A DNA stretch of 64,000 nt from contig CM059432.1 in NCBI GenBank assembly GCA_030390025.1, forward strand, positions 61,816,001-61,880,000, in the 5' to 3' direction. Of the stretch, positions 1 to 12,084 are shown in pieces (position 1 is the stretch's first letter; the number at the start of each line of letters is the position of its first letter). Source of the stretch: Squalus acanthias (taxonomy: Eukaryota). Both the position numbers and the translations under genes were made by a program. The notes beneath the pieces were generated by a model. That model did not search any database, was not told the origin of the DNA, and saw only the letters and a program-made list of their open reading frames with translations.

Positions 1-170
1 TCTTTATGTTCCTTTCATTCGTTAACCAGTATGTTCAGGTTCAACAAGAAAGGACGCAGTGCTAGGTCTGATTCTGGGTAATTAGGAAGGATAGTAAGCA
101 ATCTCAAGGTAAGAGAACATGTGAGAAATAATGACCATAACTTAATCAGCTAATTTCAGTGGGATGAAAG

Positions 171-537
171 TAGGATTTTCAACCTTCCAGGACTACCCTG
201 GAGTCTCCAGAAATTAAAAACTAATCTCCAGGACACTGCTGCGAGCAACCCAGGAGAAAAATCATAGCGGCAAAAAAATATATATTTTTTTTGAACATTT
301 TTGTTAATTAGTTATAAAATATTGGATATGGGGAAAAAAGGCTGTTGACTGACAGTTAAGAATCATCATCAGGAAATGAAGAGTCTATTCACTTTCCGAT
401 TGGCATGAGTATGGGAGCTCCATGAGGATGGACATGTCGGGTGACCAATGGTGTGAGTATAGGAGCAGGGCAGTTGGAGGCAGGAGGTCATGTGATGAAA
501 CCTCCAGGAATATGTCCAACCAGAGTTGGCAACCCTA
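171..537. mobile_element. Non-autonomous hAT-type MITE (TAGGGTTGCCA-type ends, Blackjack-like)
   Basis: Right end TTGGCAACCCTA, decayed left end TAGGATTTTCAACC, perfect 8-bp TSD GATGAAAG (163-170 and 538-545). An inverted second copy lies at 63311-63682. Confidence 0.85.
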
Positions 538-549
538 GATGAAAGGCAG

Positions 550-2000
550 CCTAGCTCAGACTCATTGGATAGAAAAAATGACAGATCAAAATGGAAACGT
601 AGTGGGAGATATTATTTAAATATGAGATACATAAGATACAGGTTAAATGCATACCAGGAATAAATTGGTGTGTCAAAGACTGGGGCTCAGTTGATAAATA
701 GAGAGATATGAGCAAAAGTGAGGTTTAATAGAGGCATATGTTAAATATAAGGAGAAAAATATTGAATAAACACTGACAAAGACACAAGTATAGAAGTGAA
801 ACAAAGGGGAGATTGGAAGGCTAACAAAGTATGAAAGAAGATTGGTAGTTAGTATAAAGGGAAATAGCAAGGGCCTTTGTAAGCACATAAGAAGTAAAAA
901 GGAAAGATGAAGGGTGGGTTGGACCACTTAGAGACATGGGGGGAAAAATTCAGTTGGTTGCGCCTCCCGTTAACGCCTTAAGAGGGCGCTAATGGGGCGC
1001 AAAGCATCTAGCGCCCAGGCGCGGCGAAGTTTGCGCCGCTCGCGAAATTAACTAGACATTTTGTGGCGGCGCTAAACACTACCGCCACGATCTCCTGCGC
1101 CGGCAGATCGTGACGTCAGTCGAGTGCGCAACGCCCCGGTATCGCCCCGTAGCGGATATTGAGTGGCGCCCCCTGCCTTACCGCCTGACGCTAGCAACGA
1201 CAGTTTGAGTGGAGCGTTCTGCAGTCATGAAGGGAAAGGGGGAGCGCTATTTAAAGGTGACCGCTTCCTGCCTTTTATTGTTGGTGCAATTTTTGAACTA
1301 CGCATTCTGAGAGAGAGAGAGAGACTTCTGGAGAGTTTCAACGTTGTGTGAAGGAGTTTTGGGTACTGAGCAGCACTTTGCAGGTTCAATTTGATTTGCC
1401 ATTCCTTGTATCGATTTAGAAGAGACTGTGGGGGCTGCACTCTCAGCTCTTTGCCTGGTACTCTCCATTGTTCTTTCCAGCAGATTTGATGTGCAGGTCT
1501 CTCCAGGCCGAGATTCAAGGCTGCAATTAGCAGGATGTGGATGGAAAGTGAGATTAATCATCCCCCTTAAGAACTGGCCCATGCCATTGTGTGTGTGTTC
1601 CATTGCTGACTGACATTACATGAGCTTCGCCAGCGCTCTGAGGTAGCGCCTCGCTCCTCGGCCTTTGCGCCTTAAGACAGGTGTGAAGCGCCTGATTTAG
1701 CGCTCCAATCACCTCCGGGGCGATAAAAGTCAAGTTTGCAGTCGGTGGCGATAATTAGTGCCAGGCGCTAATCTTTGCGCCCGGCCGATAATTGCGCCCC
1801 AAATGGGGCGATACTGAATTTCTCCCCCAAAGAGCTTTCTTGTATTTGAGGGAATGGCAGAGATACCTAATAAGTATTTTGCTTCAGTTTTCACAGAGGA
1901 AGGTGAAGTATATCTGAGGAAATGTGGTAGTTCCATTACTAGTGATACATATTCAGAACACTGAAGAGGCCTGGGGAGAAGCTGGGAATAAATAAAGCAG
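550..2000 (+). mobile_element. Highly decayed CR1 LINE ORF2 remnant, split by the MITE at 939-1828
   Basis: Remnant translations VGPLRD before the MITE and MAEIPNKYFASVFTE after it match CR1 ORF2 segments seen elsewhere in the window. Confidence 0.6.
939..1828. mobile_element. PIF/Harbinger-type MITE, family A copy 1
   Basis: TIR GGGGGAAAAATTCAGT / ACTGAATTTCTCCCCC, GCGC-rich subterminal repeats, colinear with 9181-10071. The TSD is not intact. Confidence 0.85.
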
Positions 2001-3682
2001 AATTTAAAAATATCTTGCTGCCGGAGACTAGGGGGGTAATTTTAACCTAACCCACCCGGCAGGAAACTGACGGGATCAGATTGGCCGATTACAAAGGCCC
2101 TTGCTATTTCCCTTTTTGCACCCCACCGAATTTACCTCCATTGTGTCTCCATTCCTCTTCGTCATCATCATTTTCTTTCTCCTCCTATGCCTCCCGTTGC
2201 TGTGGGAGTCTGTAGGAAAGGAGGGTCCAAACCAAGAATGGATGAGCATCACCCCTTTGGGATGAAGGAAACAGAGAAGGGGGTGGAAATTTGTGGTAGT
2301 GTGGTACTTCAAGGGGTGTCACGGCAAAGTTGTAGGTCTTCAGTCATTAACCTGGTGCTGTCCCTACAGCATGTTTTCTCTTCTCAAAGGGCGTGAGGTG
2401 CTTCGGGTTGGGGATGCCCTCTTCAATGGCAAGCCTCTCATAGGCATTGTGCACCATTTTTTCCTAGTTAGGTGAAGGCTAACTGTGTGCCAAGTCTCAT
2501 GGAAAGCTGAAGTAAGAAATGCGCTGGTATCACCCTGTTAAACTGGAGGAAGTGGTTGCTGTTAGGGGACATGGGTAGTCACACTGTTAGATCCGAAGTT
2601 AGTGTTCTCCTTAACCAGAGTGCACCATGAAAAGTAAGTTTTATAGATGTTACTTTTAGAGAGTGAAGAATCTGCTGGTGTCCAGGGTGCCCAAGGAAGA
2701 AAAGGGAGAGCGGCCACCTTGCCTGCCCTGGACAGGTCATTAAACGTTTGGTCATTAAACCTAACGCATTACTACTGTTTTGCATGGGTTTTGCACCAAT
2801 CACTATTCCAATGGATATGGAAATGTTGACCCATGAAATTCTAGTCTAAACATCTCTCCAGGTCTTCGGTGGGCGCAACTCATTACCCATTGGCGTAAAA
2901 GTGATGCAATTCACTACAAGGAATTCCTTGGCCACTGTGTGTATGTGTGTATATATTGATTTTAATCCAAATAGAACAAAGAGCTTTACTGTGTTTGGCT
3001 TCTTCTACAGCTGACCTGGCAGGATGTAATGCTAACAGTGTTTGGCAACAGGGAAAATAAGTATAAACCGTTTATTTTAAATGCAGGAATTCCAGACTCT
3101 TTGTTCAATAACAATAAGTAGGTTTTTGGGTTTACACCACATTCACATAGGTTTGCTAAGGTTTTCCTTAATTCAACTGTATTACAATCCTTTTTGTTGT
3201 TTCACATGTAATACCTTTCAAAATGGAGTCCCAGGTTCCTAGTCCGGGCTAACGAACAAGGCAAGATATATTCCTAAATCAGGCATGTTTGTGTTCACCA
3301 TGAGCAGGGAATTGATGGAAAGAGAAAAACAAGACCTCAGTTTATCATCTCATCTGAAGGATTGTTCTTCTGACAGTGCAACAGTCCTTCTCTGCTACAT
3401 GGCAGTGTCAGCTTAGATTATATACTCTAACCTAGAATGTGAACTCACAACCTTGTGTCCCTGAGGCAAGAGTGCTACCAGCTGAGACAAGCTGATTCTT
3501 TAATTACATACATTTATATACCATGCGGTATAAGTTCAAAGTTAGGCATTCTTAGTTATCAAATACCTTTGTAGTTTAATCTTAACGTCAACCAAAGAAG
3601 AGCACTGTCTACTACACCAATGAGAATATTTTCCATTTCCTACACCAGCTATCGTGTGTCCTACCGACTGAGATTACCAATT

Positions 3683-4405
3683 TACGAACATACGAACAAT
3701 GATGAACAGGTAAAGACCCTCTGGTCCATCGAGCCTGTCCCACAAAATTGCGATACCTTGTGTATCATAATATATACATTCCACCCCACCCGAAACCATG
3801 TGATCTCCTGGGAGAGGCAAAAAAACAGGTAAAAACCCAGGCCAATTTGAGGGGGGGAAATTCTGGGAAATTCCTCTCTGACCCATCTAAGCGATCGAAA
3901 CTAGTCCAGGAGAGCACTCTGGACCTGAATTCCCTGCAGTGCCTACCTTCTGTAAGAGGTGATCTCCGCCCCAGCCAGAAACAGGTCCAACTTTCGCTTG
4001 AAGGAATTCAGCGAATCAGCATCCACCGCATGAGATGGCAGCCTGTTCCAGAGGCCCACTATTCTCTTGGAAAAGAACCATCTCCTGACATCTAACCTAG
4101 ATCTAGCCTTATACAACTTAAATTTGTGACTCCTGGTCCTCCCTAACCTATTTAATTGAAACAAACTGTCAACTGGAATACAATCTATTCCCTTCATTAT
4201 CTTATAAACCTCAATCAGGTCCCCCCTAAGTCTACACTTCTCTAAAGTGTAGAGTCCCAAATCTTTTAGCCTATCTTGGTAACTAAGATGCTTTAGACTG
4301 GGAATTAGTCTAGTGGCCCTCCTCTGCCCCCTCTACAAAGCCTCAACATCACCCACCATGTGAGGAGACCAAAACTGGACACAGTATTCCAAATGCGGCC
4401 TAACT
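3683..4405 (-). mobile_element. CR1 LINE 3' fragment (ORF2 C-terminus plus long 3' UTR)
   Basis: Minus-strand translations RPHLEYCVQFWSP, LRGDLIEVYKIMKG and FFSKRIVGLWNRLP. A sister copy lies at 14375-14895. Confidence 0.9.
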
Positions 4406-4597
4406 GAAGGGAAGCATGCCAGGAACTGAGCCAAGCTAATACTTCCATGCAAAGACCTGTTGGCTAAAAGATCTGATGTGATTTGACTGTAAGCTCTGAA
4501 ATATTCCAATGGCACTGCTATCTGCAGTTATTCCCAGTGTCCTGTATTGATTTGTCTGTGCCAATATAAATCCACAATAACATTTGTATTTTGTCAG

Positions 4598-4711
4598 AGA
4601 AATCCTGCAAGAGATACAGAGATTGAGACTTGAGCACGAGCAGGCATCTCAACCCACACCTGAGAAGGCACAACAGAACCCCACCCTCCTAGCAGAACTC
4701 CGGCTCCTCAG
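4598..4711 (+). CDS. DTNA: Alpha-dystrobrevin exon (coiled-coil region): [38 protein letters not shown]
   Basis: ttgtcag acceptor, gtaact donor, 114 nt, phase 2-2. Peptide recognised as dystrobrevin. Upstream exons are outside the window. Confidence 0.97.
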
Positions 4712-7700
4712 GTAACTCATTGAAAATGCAATTTAATTCAAAATTAGCCTGATAAATGTTGACTGGTGATGAGGTCAGTCACTGGCTAGAGCTCTCTCCT
4801 CTTTAAAAAAAATTCTCAATCTTTCTCCCTGCTCTGCCCTCATCCTCTTCCCTTCTGCTGCAGCAGCAAATTTTTTCCACTTCCTCCACAAGAGATGGGA
4901 AGAAAAAAATATTTTGGATTTTGGCTTGTTGCAGGGTTAAGTTTTGATGACACTCTGCGCACAGTATGTTTGGTGTGTTTTACATGGATGGGGAGAGAGG
5001 GTGGGGTCTCAAACCTGCTTGTTTTAGTCACATTCCAATATACAAACTGTATATTTGTACTGGGATCCATGGAGGTGAGCAGCTCACTTACACTGTTCTG
5101 GCTACAAGAAAATGGGACAAAGGTGATGTGCTGTGATAGAAAATAATATGGGGCCAGAAAACCCGTGATCCCACTCCTCAATAGTTACAATGACAGATAG
5201 TTATGACGCACCCAAATTCCTGACCCCGTAAGAGGCCATTTACATCGTGGTGCTGAGCACCTGCTCCGTAACGGCACATCTTGGGTGCCAACTAAATGGG
5301 CAGCAAAATGAACTGCTTGCCAGCTGCTTGTAGGCTAAGTTGGTAAAGAGCTCCCAAGATTTGAAGTCAGCCGCTTTATAAGAGGGCCGATTTTATTGGG
5401 GCCAGAAGTTCCAACTTGGAGTGTTCTAGGTCATGAATCCAACCTGGAATGCTCTTGTGATCCCTACTTCTGCCTGTGGCACCTTCTTCAAATTTTTCAG
5501 GCTGTAAGGTGAACACAGGTAGTCCTGGTGTCAATTTCTTGGGGCAGAGACCGGGTGTTACTGAGCCCCAGCCTATTTTCCACCTCCCGCTAATTCCTGT
5601 GGTAACACAATACAGCTTCCTGTGACTCGAACTTTATTACATCACTTCCTGTGATTAGTCCAGGATAAATACTGGGCTGATCAGTTGGATCCTGGAGAGG
5701 CATAGAGTAAGACCTCTTTTGTATGTAGCACCTTTTTAGTTGATTAAAGCTTACTTTAAGTTCACCACGCGTAAGGCTCATTCTTACGACAATTCCCACC
5801 TACTGGGGTATGCCAGCAACCTTCCCGATCCCCAAGGAAATTTGAGGGCATAAAAATTAGCATTGTGTTTGAGTAGTTTTGGAACAAACCCATTCAGTGT
5901 CAAATGGGATTCTGCTGATTCTGCTCATATTTCTACAGTTAACTAAGCTTGTTAAAACACCAGTTGCTTATGCTCAGTGTCTGACTGATCCACCCGTCGC
6001 CTAGCTCAGAAACCATGCTTTATGTCATCTGCAAACACTCCTTTAGTCTAATTCATCATGTGATTCGATTTAAAAAATGTTTCAAAACAATGAAATATTG
6101 AATTGTGTGCTACAAATTTCACGAATAGAAAATTGTGTATTATTGATTCATTCCTGAAACTAGCCATGTCTGCAAAAGACTGCAACAGTAATGCTAAGGA
6201 AATCTTGTTACTGATCTAACATCAAATACATGATTTGCTTCTTCACGGTCAAATCAAACAGGGATAGACCAGACCCAGCCAAAGTTTTGACATGCATGAT
6301 CAATCAAACAAATGCTATCAGATTAATCCTATTCAAATATTGAAAGCACTGGCTGATACTGAACTGCTGCTTAAATATGCAGTCTTGAGGATAATCAGCA
6401 TCCTGAATAGTGCTAAAGTCTGCCCAAAGTAGCTTAATTTCTTTCATTTTTCAGTAAAAATCAAAATAAACCGCTGGTGTTGCAAGGCGTACAATGTATA
6501 TGACTTTTTTGTGACCTGCTATTTATTAGTGACTTTTTTTTTCTCTCGGCAAGGTGAGGGATGTCAGTTATATGGAAACAAACTTGTATTTTGTATTTTT
6601 ATTGCAATCTTGTGTTTACATAGCATTTCATCATTTAAAACCATTTCAAATCATTTACCACACTGAATTACTTTTGCAATGCATGCCTTTTATTATGTAG
6701 GGATTCAAGCACTTGCAGATTGAACAAAGTAACATTTTCCTTATTTTGCTCCAACATTGTGCCATCAATCCCAACCTCAAAAGAGCATCCTTTAATGTAG
6801 AGGCATTCATTTTTTCCAATCCATCTCTGAGTGAGGTTGGATTTTTCTGCTGTGAGCCATGCACACAAGTAATCTGATTGAAACTGCCGAAACTCATTTC
6901 ACATAGGACTAGCAGAGAGCAGCGACTTATACACAAGTTTTATTTTTAAAATCATTATAAATTTGAATTGGCATGAAATTGTTGTTTTCAACGTGCTAGT
7001 ACAAAAATGTTTTTCTTGTTCCGCTTTTAAAACATATAAAATTAACCGTTTCTTCCCCCTCTCATTGCTTCTACATATGCCTCTGTTACACACGCATTCC
7101 ATTTACTATTGGAGAAGTCAGGCAGGCGATTTATTCCCAGCTTTTACCAATATTGGTTGTGAGTCATCCTCTAATTATCCCTCTGTGGAAAAATGCCTTA
7201 CATCTAGTTAATGCCTCCATAGTGCAGCCAGGGTTAGGAATTCATCATGTGAGGAATGATGGATACAAACCAGCATCTTGACCTTCTGTGGCACACAGCA
7301 GCACTGAATATAGACTTCTTAAATATGTAAGCAGCAGTTCTGAAGTTGCAACAAACATTTCAAATGTGAATAAGAGGGGAGGGTGTTTGGATATTCATTT
7401 ATGACGGTGCTGCATGTTTTTTATTTGCCCTGTTATATTTTGCAAGCTGCTGCCAGAAACCGTTTTATTCTCCACAGACAACTAATAAGTCATCAAATTT
7501 TATCATGTTGGGTGACAACCAAGTTTTATTTAAACTGGGCTAATGCAAAAATAAACTTAATAGTTGTTGGTTCTTGTTGATTATCATCAGGACATGTTCG
7601 TATTCAATATTTTACAGTATGAAAATGCCTCTGGAACCCATTAGACACTGTAGGATCCAGGTCTACTAGCAAATGGCTAATTTAACATCAAAGCCCTTGG

Positions 7701-7962
7701 TCTTGCCAATATTACATTGGCTTATTGTTCCAGTAGGGATGATACTGTTAACAAAAATATAAATTGATGACAAAAAGACTAGCATTTCCTAGAAGTAAAT
7801 AGGATGTCCAGCTGTCAAATATTAAATAGACAAAATACTTGGATACATTTGCACAGTGAAATGAAGTTAAAATATAATTCATTTTCATTTTGTGATAGAG
7901 TTGTATATATGCATACTGGTAGTAATATTTTAAAACAATGGATGAAAGTAGCATAATAGTAC

Positions 7963-8430
7963 AAAAGAAAGAATTACATTTCTATAGCGCCTTTCACGAC
8001 CACCGGACGTCTCAAAGCGCTTTACAGCCAATGAAGTACTTTTTTGGAGTGTAGTCACTGTTGTAATGTGGGAAACGCAGCAGCCAATTTGCGCACAGCA
8101 AGCTCCCACAAACAGCAATGTGATAATGACCAGATAATCTGTTTTTGTTATGTTGATTGAGGGATAAATATATGCCAGGACACCGGGGATAACTCCCCTG
8201 CTCTTCTTCGAAATAGTGCCATGGGATCTTTTACATCCACCTGAGAGGGCAGATGGGGCCTCAGTTTAACGTCTCATCTGAAAGATGGCACCTCCGACAG
8301 TGCAGCACTCCTTCAGCACTGCACTGGAGTATCAGCCTAGCTTTATGTGCTCAAGTCCCTGGAGTGGGACTTGAACCCACAACCTTCTGACTCAGAGGCG
8401 AGTGTGCTACCCACTGAGCCACAGCTGACA
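7963..8430 (-). mobile_element. tRNA-derived Deu-domain SINE (SacSINE1/AmnSINE-like) with L2-type tail
   Basis: Reverse complement has a tRNA-like head (A box TGGCTCAGTGGG, B box GGTTCAAGTCC), the central Deu-like domain and tail GAAAGGCGCTATAGAAAT. Matches 33901-34362. Confidence 0.88.
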
Positions 8431-8919
8431 CAAAGCATTGGTGTGCTAATACTCTTGTGTCATAGGTCAGTTAGATTCCTGATTTTGGTTAGACTATTAT
8501 GGTAACCACAGGAGATGATGATGCTTGCGATGGAGGCAGTACTGATGAATAGGTCATTATGGCTGTCTCTCATGCTCCTCCTGGTGGGTAGTTCAAGGGT
8601 GCCATTGGCAGACACATAAAAGCAGATCACCTGTCCACTCTGAGCTATGGAACAGTGTATGATATAGGAAGATATAAGGAGGAGATAAAATAATTAAAAT
8701 GGGTTATACAAACAAAAATAGCAGAAAGAAATGATCAAAGTATACCATTTGATACCAGTAATCAAAGGCACCATTTCATGAAGAAATGTTTAACAAACAA
8801 GCTGGTGGGATTTAAATGAGGCCCAGCCATTAAAATCGTACGTGTCTCATTCTGACACAGGGAAATTAACTCACCACCCCGGTTTCTAGCTGGAAACCCT
8901 CAGGCAATTAAAATCCAGA

Positions 8920-9080
8920 GGTCGCACAACACCAGGTTATAGTCCAACAGTTTTATCACCTGAGGAAGGGGCGATCGATAGCTCCGAAAGCTTGTGATTT
9001 CAAATAAAACTGTTGGACTATAACCTGGTGTTGTGCGACCTCTCAATTTTGTCCACCCCAGTCCAACACCGGCATCTCCG
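8920..9080 (+). mobile_element. Short Penelope-like terminal-repeat insertion with inverted 5' segment
   Basis: 14-bp TSD AATTAAAATCCAGA (8906-8919 and 9081-9094), perfect 40-bp inverted repeat (8917-8956 / 9004-9043), AATAAA, partial sister copy at 17820-17900. Confidence 0.8.
8955..8998 (+). ncRNA. Minimal type I hammerhead ribozyme motif
   Basis: Stem I ATCAC/GTGAT, core CTGAGGA (8960-8966), stem II GGGGC/GCTCC, GAAA (8986-8989), palindromic AGCT in place of stem III, then UH. Confidence 0.7.
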
Positions 9081-9180
9081 AATTAAAATCCAGACCATGG
9101 ACTTGAAAATGAGGACTAAATTATGTCTCTGCACACCATGGTCCAATTATCACTTTGACGCCAACCCCACTTAACACTTG

Positions 9181-10071
9181 GGGGTAAAAATTCACTTGGT
9201 TGCGCCACCCGTTAGCGCCTTAAGAGGGCGCTAATGGGGCGCAAAGCCGCTAACGCCCGGGCGCAGCGATGTTTGCGCCGCTCGAGAACTTAACTTGAGA
9301 TTGTGCGGCGGCGCTAAAACTTACCGCTGCGACCACCTGCGCGCGCAGATTGTGACGTCATTCCATGGTGCAACGCCCTTGGGGCGCCCCGTAGCGGAAA
9401 TTGAGTGGCGCCCCCTGCCTTACCGCCTGGCGCTTCCAACGACCAGAAGACTGGAACGCTATCAATCGCTGTGGGGCTGGTGGGGGCGCTATTTAAAGGG
9501 GGCCTCTTCCTGTCTTTTATTGTTGGTGGCATTTTTGAACTACGCATTCTGAGAGAGAGAGAGAGACTTCTGGAGAGTTTCAACGTTGTGTGAAGGAGTT
9601 TTGGGTACTGAGCAGCACTTTGCAGGTTCATTTTGAATTGCCATTCCTTGTATCGATTTAGCAGAGACCGTGGGAGCTGCACTCTGAGCTCTTTGCCTGG
9701 TGCTCTCCATTGTTCTTTCCAGCACATTTGATGTGCAAGTCTCTCCAGGCCGAGATTCAAGGCAGCAATGAACAGGATGTGGATGGAAAGCAAGATTAAC
9801 CAACCCCTTTAAGAACTGGCCCGTGCCATTGTGTGTGTGTTCCATTGCTGACTGACATTACATGAGCTTCGCCAGCGCTCCGAGTTAGCGCCTCACTGCT
9901 CGGCCTTTGCGCCTTAAGAGAGGTGTGCAGCGCCTGCTTTAGCGCTCCACTCACCTCCCGGGGCGGTAAAAGTGAAGTTTCCCGTCAGTGCCGATAATTA
10001 GCGCCAGGCGCTAATATTTGCGTCCGGACGATATTTGCGCCCCAAATGGGGCGCGACCTAATTTCTACCCC
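9181..10071. mobile_element. PIF/Harbinger-type MITE, family A copy 2
   Basis: TIR GGGGTAAAAATT / AATTTCTACCCC, 3-bp TSD TTG (9178-9180 and 10072-10074). Confidence 0.92.
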
Positions 10072-10436
10072 TTGGTCTTGACTCTCCACGTGCAATGTCA
10101 CAGAAAATCGACAAGCATAATACGAAATTTGATAAAAAGGCACGAAGTAATTTTGCAAGGTCCCAAGATTTCACCAAGAAGACATGAGGAAAAGAGTGCC
10201 CAATTTTGCTGTTCTGGACCAAGGTAGATCTGGCTGCTCCCACAACAAAAACATAAATTCTAACCTTTAATGTCAGAACAAAACCTCGATTGGCACCTTT
10301 CTGAAAATATATAATTATTAAAATAAACTTAGAAGAATCTGTTGGCATTGTAAACTTCATTTCTTTACTTTGTTGTTGATAAACTGATATACATATGTGT
10401 TAGATTAAAAGTTAGTTCTTGATGTACACTTCACAG

Positions 10437-10533
10437 GCAGCGAAAAGATGAATTAGAACAAAGGATGTCGGCACTGCAAGAAAGCCGCCGAGAATTAATG
10501 GTTCAACTGGAAGGTCTGATGAAGTTACTGAAA
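10437..10533 (+). CDS. DTNA: Alpha-dystrobrevin exon: [32 protein letters not shown]
   Basis: tcacag acceptor, gtaagg donor, 97 nt, phase 2-0, in frame with the previous exon. Confidence 0.97.
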
Positions 10534-11085
10534 GTAAGGTCATTCTGTGGGTAAATTAAAAGTCCAATTAACAAAATGCAACAGATTGATGACATGAATG
10601 CAGTTATTTTCTCCAATTGAGTGTCTTGTTTTTGATCTTTTTTTAAAAATAGTTATAAGTATATCACAGCGAAACAATTGCACAATGTGGAAAGTTGGAC
10701 ATTAGCAAGTTTAATCAGCATATGTAGGAGGATGGATTTCTTTTCTATAATTTCTATCCCTGACTACACTGAGGTTTGGAAGGAGAAATGGGCTTGGAAT
10801 TTCCTTGAAGCTGCTCCCACTCTGCTGCCATAACGTCATTGGACGCGCAGCTCTGAGGGAATGCACCTCATAGCAATTTTTTTATTTTAATTTTTTTTGT
10901 ATATATATTCACTGCTAAAGTAGTTTATTGAAACTGTAATTTTGTACATATAAATTTTTATAAATTTATACTATTACCTGCTGGCTAGGAATCCACTCTT
11001 TTGAGAATGAATTCTGTAGAACATTTAAATAATTATATGAATATGCTTTGTCTAAATAATACTTGATTTTTAAACTTTCAAATAG

Positions 11086-11106
11086 GAAGAAGAAATGAGG
11101 CAGGAA
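11086..11106 (+). CDS. DTNA: Alpha-dystrobrevin 21-nt microexon EEEMRQE; if the donor is ignored it reads EEEMRQEVSFLIQL* to 11130 (alpha-DB2-like end)
   Basis: tttcaaatag acceptor, gtaagt donor, phase 0-0. Resembles mammalian EEELKQG(VSYVPYCRS*). Confidence 0.88.
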
Positions 11107-12084
11107 GTAAGTTTCCTGATCCAGCTTTGAGCAATCATTGCATATTCATTTATTATCTGAGTCTGGCCTTAATGCTTTGTTTTGCTCTCTGCCTGTGCTG
11201 TGTATCAATGAAAATACTTTGCTTTAACTACAACAAGCTGAGTCTTCTGTGGCAATTGATACTAATGTATCTGAAATGATAAAGCTTGGATTTTGATTGA
11301 TATACTTTATGATTTATGACTAGACACTTGTTTCAGTTATGAGAGCATGAGTATATTGTAAAATTGTGTTCTTTACTGTGCTTTGACTCTATATACTAAG
11401 TAGTATACATTTACTTTGCCATGACATATAGTGATGAGTTAATCTTTAATATGTTTTAACTCCTGTGGATTCACAGATCGGCTGCTAAATGTGTGTTCTA
11501 ATGCGTTTATAGCATATTTTCTACTGAATTGACTGCTCCACAAACCTGACACCGTGTAATTTATTGCGTGTAACCTAAACTGTTTTTGGTTATATTTTCC
11601 TCCGTTGGAAAAAATGGAAGAATTGCTAAAACATTGCATGAATGTGTGGTTTTAATTGTGTGATTCATGAGAATACAAATTTCATTAGTGGTAAAGAAAA
11701 AGATAAGAGTAAGTCAAAATTCACCTGTAATGATGAGCCTTAACACTTTTCAAGCAGCTAATGAGCCATTGCATAAATGCTGAAAACTTCACCAGAAAGG
11801 TACATCCATATTATCCATGCTTAGGTACGTCTATATTATCCATGCTTGTCAGCATTTTAAAGACCTGGCTCATGTTCGCTCTCAATCTTCTAATCTCAAG
11901 AACATGTTCAATTCTCTTCCTAAATTCCAGCTTTATTTTGCAAAATTTTCTTTATTAATCTTCTCTGAATTCTCACCAATGCTTCAGTACCCTTTTCCAG
12001 AACTGCACAAAATATTCTAGATGTGGGCCTACCAATAAATTATGCCAGTTTGCAGTCAAATATTTTTGACATTCATACCAAGTC

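Noticed and set aside
1163..1613. Similar ORFs recurring at 1163-1613 and 9295-9845, suggesting a duplicated small gene
   Set aside because: Both lie inside copies of the same MITE and are similar in all frames, so the similarity reflects DNA identity, not coding selection.
2020..2900. Possible old Harbinger remnant; similar weak signals at 5140-5850, 17320-17760, 30640-30940 and 62490-62760
   Set aside because: TIR-like or transposase-like hints only, too decayed to define ends or family by eye.
8917..9043. Pre-miRNA or DNA-transposon TIR pair
   Set aside because: The right arm continues into sequence also found alone at 17820-17900, and the 14-bp TSD lies outside an asymmetric unit, which fits a retroelement 5' inversion better.
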